A DNA stretch of 64,000 nucleotides from contig CAWDRG010000022.1 in the NCBI GenBank assembly GCA_963804645.1, forward strand, positions 64,001 through 128,000, written 5' to 3'. Source of the DNA: an uncultured Bacillota bacterium (GTDB taxonomy: Bacteria; Sysuimicrobiota; Sysuimicrobiia; Sysuimicrobiales; Segetimicrobiaceae). Positions 57,708-64,000 of this stretch are shown here, in pieces; the stretch's first letter is position 1; every line of letters begins with the position of its first letter. The notes beneath the pieces were generated by a model. That model was not told the origin of the DNA. It ran no database searches and saw nothing but the letters and a program-made list of their open reading frames with translations. The position numbers were made by a program, and so were the translations under genes.

Positions 57708-59090
57708 TCACGGCGTCACGATCACCTTCGCTTGCATGAACGGGTGGTCGTTGCAGCTGTACGCATAGGTCCCCGGCTTCGTCATGGTGACGGTGAAGCT
57801 GCCGCCGGGCACGACTTGATTGGTGTTCCACTGCGCACCCTGAGCCGTCGCGCTGTGAGGCACGGCATCGTCGTCGATCCACGTGACCGTATGCCCCGCC
57901 GCGACGGTCACGGTCGCCGGGCCGAACGCGAAGTTTCGCATGCGGATCTGCACATCTCCGGCCATCGGCGCGGGCGCGGGGCGAGGCGCCTCCGCGGCGA
58001 ACCCGGCCGCTGCCCCGGCGGCGGTGGGCGGCACGTAGTCGCCCAGCGCACCGTCACCCCGCTGCAGTGAGATCTTGCGGGGCTCGTTGCCGGTGGGGAG
58101 CACCGCCACGACCTGCGCCTTGGCCATGTCGACGACCGAGACGGTGTCGTCGCCTTCGTTCGTCACGAAAGCGAGCGCACCGTCCGAGGTGACGCTGACC
58201 CAGTGGGGAAAGTGACCGACCGCCACGTCCTTCACGACTTGCTGCGACGCGGCATCGACGATGGCGAGCTGCCCGGTCCCCTGCACCGTGACCAGCGCGT
58301 ACTTGTGATCTGGGGTAAACGCGATCTGGTGTGGGATCGGGCCTACGGGAATCTGGGCAATGATGGCGTGGCTCGCCGTGTCGAGGATTTGAACCATTGC
58401 ACTGTTCGCCGTGGTGAAGTAGAGCAGGCTGCCGTCGGGACTGACGGTCAGCCCGCGTGGCGCCTGATCGACCGGCACGCGCGCCGCAACACGTCCCGCT
58501 GGAACGTCCAGAACGATGATCGCGTCATCGTTCGGCTGGTCCTGCTGCCCCACGTACGCCGTGTGTCCGTCCGGCGAATACGCGACGCCGTGCGGCTTGG
58601 CGACCCGAAACTGTGCCATGACCCGGAACGTCGAGGTATCGAGGGCGTCGACTTTGTTCTCGTCGAAGATCGCAACGAGCAGCGTCTTGGTATCGGGGGA
58701 CAGGGCGATTCCTTCCGGCCCGCGCCCGAGCGTCAGCGTCTTGATCACCGTGTCGGTCGCGGTGTCGATCACGCTGAGCTGGGCCGCGTCTTCGCTCGTC
58801 ACATACACGCGCTGCCCGTTGGGCGTCACGAGCACGGCTTCCGGTCCGGCCGGAACCCTGATCCGCCGGAGCATTTGTCCCGTCGAGGTATCGACCACAC
58901 CGACTGCGTTCTCGGCATACAGGCCGACGTACGCCTTGGGGGCCCTCGTCTGAGCCGCCGTCGTCCGCGGCTGGGCCGCGAGACCCCACACGCCCGCCAG
59001 GGCCAACACCATTCCGGCCGCGAGCAGCCGCAGACCGTGTGGACGCGTGCGAAGGACGATGCGCTTGCAACACACCAACCCGTCGGTCAT
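57708..59090 (-). CDS. Secreted YVTN beta-propeller protein with C-terminal type-1 cupredoxin
   Basis: Signal peptide, about 7 YVTN-type blades (RVYVTS, LAFVTN), C-terminal PHSAT...YSCNDHPFM; GAGGAG RBS. Confidence 0.88.
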   Translation of the reverse strand: MTDGLVCCKRIVLRTRPHGLRLLAAGMVLALAGVWGLAAQPRTTAAQTRAPKAYVGLYAENAVGVVDTSTGQMLRRIRVPAGPEAVLVTPNGQRVYVTSEDAAQLSVIDTATDTVIKTLTLGRGPEGIALSPDTKTLLVAIFDENKVDALDTSTFRVMAQFRVAKPHGVAYSPDGHTAYVGQQDQPNDDAIIVLDVPAGRVAARVPVDQAPRGLTVSPDGSLLYFTTANSAMVQILDTASHAIIAQIPVGPIPHQIAFTPDHKYALVTVQGTGQLAIVDAASQQVVKDVAVGHFPHWVSVTSDGALAFVTNEGDDTVSVVDMAKAQVVAVLPTGNEPRKISLQRGDGALGDYVPPTAAGAAAGFAAEAPRPAPAPMAGDVQIRMRNFAFGPATVTVAAGHTVTWIDDDAVPHSATAQGAQWNTNQVVPGGSFTVTMTKPGTYAYSCNDHPFMQAKVIVTP

Positions 59091-59296
59091 GAGTAGTTCT
59101 CCTCTCGTCAGAGACTGGAGCGGGCGCACGGACGCGGTCCCGGGCCCACGTTCCATCCACCCTTCCCCGCTGATACACCACGTGTAGCGTTTTGGATTGA
59201 CCCGACGGCGACGGGCCGTCCCGTCCGTGACCTTGGTCGTGTGCCGTCCAAGGATCCGTGGACGCCTGCGGCACCCGAAGATCCGGCCCCGGCATG

Positions 59297-59328
59297 GGGC
59301 TGCCCGGACCCCGGGGTCCGGGCAGCCC
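59297..59328. repeat. Perfect 32-bp palindrome downstream of a small secreted-protein gene
   Basis: GGGCTGCCCGGACCCC followed directly by GGGGTCCGGGCAGCCC. Confidence 0.85.
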
Positions 59329-59342
59329 GTCTCGGGCACCGG

Positions 59343-59531
59343 CTACTGCGCCTGCGTATTGGACGCAAACGGCGTCGCCTGCTGGTCGACCGTGTACGGC
59401 GAGGTCTGGTCGCTCTGGCCCACAGCCGGCTGATCGGTGCCCATATTGTCCTGAGCGAAGGCCGCGGACGCGCTCACGATGAGCGCGCCGCCCATCAGCA
59501 TGATCGCGAGAAACTTTCGCACGGGGATCAC
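59343..59531 (-). CDS. Small secreted acidic/Gln-rich peptide
   Basis: AAAGGAGGT RBS; signal peptide RKFLAIMLMGGALIVSASAAFA. True start may be GTG 59522. Confidence 0.7.
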   Translation of the reverse strand: MIPVRKFLAIMLMGGALIVSASAAFAQDNMGTDQPAVGQSDQTSPYTVDQQATPFASNTQAQ

Positions 59532-59933
59532 CTCCTTTCATCGCAGATCAGAGGCACGAGGTCTCTGTCTCTTACGTGCTGAGATAAACTGATCCAGCGG
59601 AGACGGATTTCGGATAGGGCGAAGCGTGACCGTGTCGTTACCGCGCGCGCGATGCCGCACGGCGTCGACGGCTGGCCGTTGCTTGAGGTTCTAGCGATGC
59701 GCCCGGTGGCTCAAAGGCCAGGCGATGCTGTTCAAATCTCTACGTTACTTCAGTCGCTGCAACCCGTGAGGTGACCGCGTCCGCCGCATCTCAATGCCCC
59801 AGGACACGCGCCGACCGTAACAACATGGTGAACAATCCGTGGTGACGGGATCTCCGCGACGCGGCGCGGCCTACCCATGATGCAGGCCCGACGGTTCGTC
59901 CCGTACCGGGCGCACGGGCAGAAGGAGAAATCA

Positions 59934-60131
59934 ATGATGCGACAGCTATTCGCGGCAATGCTGCTGGGCGGCGCACTGCTGGGAGTCACCACGGCCCGCG
60001 CCGCGGCCGCGGACGGTGAACCGTGGGAACCTCCGCAGGTGATCGTGCCGCCGCCCATCGGGCAGATCCAGATCGCACCGCTGGTCCCATTCGATAGCCG
60101 CAGCGACACATTGCGAAAATCGAAAGTCTAG
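59934..60131 (+). CDS. Small secreted Pro-rich peptide
   Basis: AAGGAG RBS; signal peptide MRQLFAAMLLGGALLGVTTARAAAA. Confidence 0.65.
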   Translation: MMRQLFAAMLLGGALLGVTTARAAAADGEPWEPPQVIVPPPIGQIQIAPLVPFDSRSDTLRKSKV

Positions 60132-60324
60132 CACGGCTCGGCATCGCTCGCGGCCTGACTGCACGCATTCTACCCGTGCAGAGCCCCGGCAGGATGGCGG
60201 CCGGACGCCGCCATCCCGCGGCGTTTCTTCGGCTCACATCCCCAGGGACCCAGAAGGCAAGTACGGCCGGACGGGCCTCACCGAACCGAAATGAACGTGC
60301 GCGCTACGACCCCGCCCAACATCG

Positions 60325-62709
60325 TTAGGCGAACGTCACCGTTTGAGCCTGCGTGGCTGTGCGGGCCGCGCCGTTGCGATCCAGGCTGGCAATGAGGGTG
60401 ATCACGTAAGCGCCAGCCTGGGTCGCGACGATGGTCCGGCTGCCGCTCAATGGAAGGCCCGAAGCCGCCGGCACGCTGCCCGTTGGCGGGCGAACCTCAA
60501 GGCTGACCGCAGTCCCCGGCGGGTTGCCGGCGCAGTTCCACGCCACGGTGCAGGAATGAGTCGATGACGACGGCGGGCTCGTGACAGCAAAGGAGGAAAT
60601 CACCGGCTGAACGATCTCGAGCCCGGTGCGGCGCGTGAAGTCGCTGCTAAATCCGTCCAATCGGCCGTTGTCGGTCAGCCGCGCGAGGACGGATCGCCAT
60701 TGCCGCAGCGGGCCGGTCGGGTTGCCCGGCGTGTCACCAAACCGAGACTCGAGGTCGGCCTGGGTGCTTTCATTCTGCTGCCCCCAGTGCAGGATACCTT
60801 TGATCGTAGGGTCGAGCGCGAGCTTGATCGCATAGTCGACGAACTGGCTGCTGCCCAGCTCATCCGCGAGACCTGCGCACTCGATCGCACAGGTCCGCGG
60901 GAAGGCTTCCTGCGCGATGGTGGCGCGTGACTGCCCGCAGAAACGCAGCGAAATGTATCCGGCAACCGAGAGGCCGGAGTCGACCTCCTGCTCGGTCTCG
61001 AACTGCAGCAGGCGGTTGACGAAGGCGAGCAAGTTGGGATCCGCGGCATCGAAGAACACTTCCATCGATCGCACATTCACGTCGCAACTAATGTCGGCGT
61101 AGTCGTGGCCGTCCATGACCGCGTAGCTGATGGCGGAGAAGGTTTGCGGCGACTGCTGGAATTGGAAGACCTGGGCGGCGATCGTCCTCCACAAGATGAG
61201 TCCGGCGGCCCGCTCCAACCGATTCGAGGATCCCAGAAGCATGGCGCGCAAGGTGTTCAGCGCCTGACCGACGGTGGATCCGTCGCGTCTCAAGGAATTG
61301 AGGAACGCGGTCAGGAGTCCCCGGATCCCATGCAAGAACGCCGAGAGCAACCCGAGGCCGAGGCGTTCGGAGATCGCACCCAGAGACCCGCTGGTTGGAA
61401 CATTCTTGTGGCTCAGGAAGTCGTCAATCTCCGTATAGATGCCGTTGACGATCCCGTCCATGAAGTTGGCATCGGCGCACGCGGCGTCAAAGACGTTGAA
61501 CGAGGTAATGCCAGCGTCATTTGGCGAGAAGGCGACACCATTGCCGGCGGCCGAAAACCGCGGGGCGTTCAGCAGGGGGTCGTTCGCCATAAGGATGTTG
61601 CCGACCCGCTCGGGCCGCCCCGCGGGATTCCCCGGACCGGGCCAGGTGACGGGGGGCATGGGCGACGACGGCACCGCCGACAGCGGCACCGTCCAATGCC
61701 GCGTGATGCCACAGACGTGCGTGGTGCCGTTCGTGCTCGGAATCGGATTCACCGCGATCTGCAGAAACCGTTGAGGAATCGATCCTCCAAACGGCTTCAC
61801 AAACAGCGCGGAATTCGGGTCGGCGATCAGGTGCTGCACGTTCTCCCACTCGTCGAGCAGGAGTTCCTGACGCAACCCGTACTGCGGCGTGACCTGGAGG
61901 ACGGCGGAATAGATGATGCCGAAGCGCCCGACCTGGACCATGGCCGCGCGCAAGACGTCATCATCATAGATGACGCCGAAGTTGCCTGGGCCACCGTACC
62001 TGGCGGCGCCGTAGAACGCGCGCAGTTTCCCCTCATCGGTCAAGGGCGCCCGATTGATATGGCCCCGTTCGATCCAATAGTGCTGGCCGCCGTCGACGAC
62101 CAGGTGCAGGGCGACGAGGGCATCCGCGAGCGGAGGGCGATCGAAATCGCCGCCGTGGGTTCCGGTGGAGAGCGCGCCTACGACGGTCTGGCCCCCGGCA
62201 CCACCGAGGGTGGAAAATCCCCACGATCCTTCAAAGGAGCTGTTGCTGAATCGCGATTTCATGAGGGCGCATAGGCTGTCGCTGTTCGCACCGTCGCCGA
62301 CGTCCAACTCCGCGTAGAGCTGATAGATCCGTTTTCCCGCCTCAACGTGGACATAGTACGCAGGTGCTGCCGTGGCCGCGGCGGATGTCGATGACGCCTG
62401 CAGCTCATCCAAGAACGTCTCCGACAAACACGCAGGCACGACGCAGTACAGGGTCCGTCCCATGGCTGAAATCCGGTTGTTCACATCATGGGTTTCAATG
62501 AAGGTATGATCGCTGATGGCGGCCTGGGAAAGAGCCCAGTGACTGCCCGCGGCATGGAGACGCTGCCCGGCCGGTCTTGTCGAACAGATGACGATCAGGT
62601 CTTCCAGCCCCTGTGGAAACAGGATCTCAGGCGCGTGCGGAATGAGCGGTGTCCCTGGCTTGTCGTGCTTGCGCGTCCAGGGCGCGAGCCGTAACTCAGG
62701 GATACCCAT
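60325..62709 (-). CDS. FAD-binding (PCMH-type) oxidase, aldonolactone/cholesterol oxidase-like, with C-terminal Ig-like domain
   Basis: RLHAAGSHWALS, VEAGKRI, QTVVGALSTGTHG, VGRFGII and HWGQ motifs; GGAGG RBS before ATG 62709. Confidence 0.75.
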   Translation of the reverse strand: MGIPELRLAPWTRKHDKPGTPLIPHAPEILFPQGLEDLIVICSTRPAGQRLHAAGSHWALSQAAISDHTFIETHDVNNRISAMGRTLYCVVPACLSETFLDELQASSTSAAATAAPAYYVHVEAGKRIYQLYAELDVGDGANSDSLCALMKSRFSNSSFEGSWGFSTLGGAGGQTVVGALSTGTHGGDFDRPPLADALVALHLVVDGGQHYWIERGHINRAPLTDEGKLRAFYGAARYGGPGNFGVIYDDDVLRAAMVQVGRFGIIYSAVLQVTPQYGLRQELLLDEWENVQHLIADPNSALFVKPFGGSIPQRFLQIAVNPIPSTNGTTHVCGITRHWTVPLSAVPSSPMPPVTWPGPGNPAGRPERVGNILMANDPLLNAPRFSAAGNGVAFSPNDAGITSFNVFDAACADANFMDGIVNGIYTEIDDFLSHKNVPTSGSLGAISERLGLGLLSAFLHGIRGLLTAFLNSLRRDGSTVGQALNTLRAMLLGSSNRLERAAGLILWRTIAAQVFQFQQSPQTFSAISYAVMDGHDYADISCDVNVRSMEVFFDAADPNLLAFVNRLLQFETEQEVDSGLSVAGYISLRFCGQSRATIAQEAFPRTCAIECAGLADELGSSQFVDYAIKLALDPTIKGILHWGQQNESTQADLESRFGDTPGNPTGPLRQWRSVLARLTDNGRLDGFSSDFTRRTGLEIVQPVISSFAVTSPPSSSTHSCTVAWNCAGNPPGTAVSLEVRPPTGSVPAASGLPLSGSRTIVATQAGAYVITLIASLDRNGAARTATQAQTVTFA

Positions 62710-62913
62710 CGTGGCCTCCAACGGCATGGCACTAAAGGAACACCGTATCGTGCTGAGGGTACACCGATCACGACGGGACCGCCAACCACGCAGGTTCCGT
62801 CGCAAGTCCGCCCGATAGGCTCATTCTAGCGTTCGAGGAGGCTTGTGCGATTTCCGCTGACGGCAAGACTTCGGCAAGGCCATTGAGTAGGAACCGGAGT
62901 ATGGTGGATGGAA

Positions 62914-63813
62914 CTACTCCGCGTTCTCTGGCTCAGCACAACCGCAGAGATGGAGCGCCCGACCGACTGCGCCAGATAGGAGCGGGTCCTCGCCTACCAT
63001 CTCGCGCTGGCCCGGGGCCGCGACCCGGACCGCACCCGCTTTCCGGAGCGGTTGGTCGCCGAAAATCCAGAGTACGTCCGTCTCATCGAAGTCGCACACT
63101 GGCATCAGCTCGACCGCGGTCACGCCCAGTTGCCGCAGATACGGGATCTTGTCGGTGATGGCGGAGAACGTCCCGGGGTGCGCAACCCCGGATGACGGGG
63201 ACTTGGAAAACCCGCGCATGTGCAGTTCGTAGATGATCGTGTCCTCCATCGGGCGACCGAGGGGCAGATCACCTTCCCAGTCGTACCCGGCCGGAGCGAT
63301 CACGGCAGACCGCATCGATGTGGCGAGGTTATCGCCTGCGACGCACGCACTGGCACGCTGCCACAGGCTGTTCGTATTGCCTTCGGCATAGGGGTCGATG
63401 AACACCTTCTCCCGGTCGAAGCGCTGCGCGTCTTTCGGTTTCTGGGGGCCGTCAACACGGTAGGCGTAGTGGGTCTCCGGAGGCAGACCGCGGATAAAGA
63501 CATGCCAGAAATGAAACGTCTTGTTGACCTGCGGATCGAAGGCAACCGTCTGAAACGGCCCGGCATCGTCGTGCCGCTCAAACAACAAGAGTTTGACGCC
63601 CGTGGCATTCTCCGAAAATAGAGAGAAATTGACGCCCTCCCTGTCCGGCGTCGCGCCCTGAGGAAGCGCCGTTCCGGGCTCGACATCATAGATCGCACGC
63701 GTTGACGCAGGCCCCGTGCTACTCCTACGCGGATCCGGGCGTCCGCACTCCTCCACGTCTCTTATTGCAACGGTCGGCGTGCGGTTCAACGTGGGCGCGC
63801 GCACCATCGGCAA
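62914..63813 (-). pseudogene. glgX: Truncated glycogen debranching enzyme / isoamylase
   Basis: GVNFSLFSENA, WHVFI, IDPYA, IIYELHMRGF and LGVTAVELMPV, then similarity ends before the GH13 catalytic core. Start uncertain. Confidence 0.85.
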
Positions 63814-63838
63814 GCCGACACGGCCTAAATTCTGTCGA

Positions 63839-63911
63839 TGGCGGAGGTGGCGCGAATCTAACCTGGGGTCGGCGGCCCCTTCTTCCCGAGCTGCCGGTTT
63901 CGAGGACCGTC
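63839..63911 (-). pseudogene. selC: Degenerate tRNA-Sec-like 3' fragment (possible attachment-site remnant)
   Basis: Minus strand reads CGGTCCTCGAAACCGG...long arm...GGTTAGATTC...CCTCCGCCA, resembling the selC anticodon arm (CTTCAAA decayed), T loop and GCCA end. Confidence 0.55.
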
Positions 63912-64000
63912 TGTCCCTACGATGGTACGCCGATTCGTCGCCCGCCCGTCGCAGCCGAGGCCTGTTCAGGGAAGAGCCCGTTTGACATCCGTATGGACAA

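Noticed and set aside
59174..59199. Possible ECF promoter CAATCC-N16-TGTA upstream of the propeller gene
   Set aside because: A single instance; similar sites upstream of neighbouring genes did not match convincingly.
1..64000. CRISPR arrays, rRNA, intact tRNA, transposases or integrases
   Set aside because: None recognised by eye; short or degenerate elements could have been missed.

Overview
High-GC bacterial DNA in two parts. Bases 1 to about 46,400 are a very large, mostly minus-strand lipid/secondary-metabolite region. Its lower-GC left block (1 to about 12.4 kb) holds a mevalonate operon (mvaA, which is missing from the ORF track, mvaK2, mvaD, mvaK1), a Get3/ArsA-family ATPase with a C-terminal alpha-crystallin-like domain, a 90-aa amphipathic protein, a geranylgeranyl-reductase-family flavoprotein, a HEAT-repeat protein and a polyprenyl synthase. 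Its very high-GC right block (about 12.4-46.4 kb) holds a dissociated type II FAS/PKS set (FabF, a non-catalytic KS, two FabZ, FabG, a FabL-like SDR, an ACP with a Zn-ribbon tail, an Sfp-type PPTase, an acyl ligase-ACP-acyltransferase fusion), class I-like and class II-like terpene synthase genes, a second polyprenyl synthase, several glycosyl-, methyl- and carbamoyl-transferases, nucleotide-sugar enzymes, an ABC exporter and a second copy of the 90-aa protein. The two blocks meet at a diverged partial duplicate of the acyltransferase/glycosyltransferase junction. The best candidate for an undescribed system is this hybrid isoprenoid/acyl/glycan pathway coupled to two small proteins that resemble, from memory and unverified, Chloroflexus chlorosome-envelope CsmM/CsmN, plus a Get3d-like ATPase. 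That combination suggests a lipid-monolayer storage compartment, and no photosynthesis genes lie in the window. Bases 46.4-64 kb are an accessory patchwork: small catabolic genes, deletion scars (hydantoinase operon, MFS, glgX), an orphan hcp, a copper-protein operon ending in an ECF sigma/anti-sigma fusion, an FAD oxidase and a degenerate tRNA-Sec 3' fragment. Many single-base frameshifts at 13.7-18.8 kb may be sequencing errors. All calls rest on motif recognition by eye; no searches were run.
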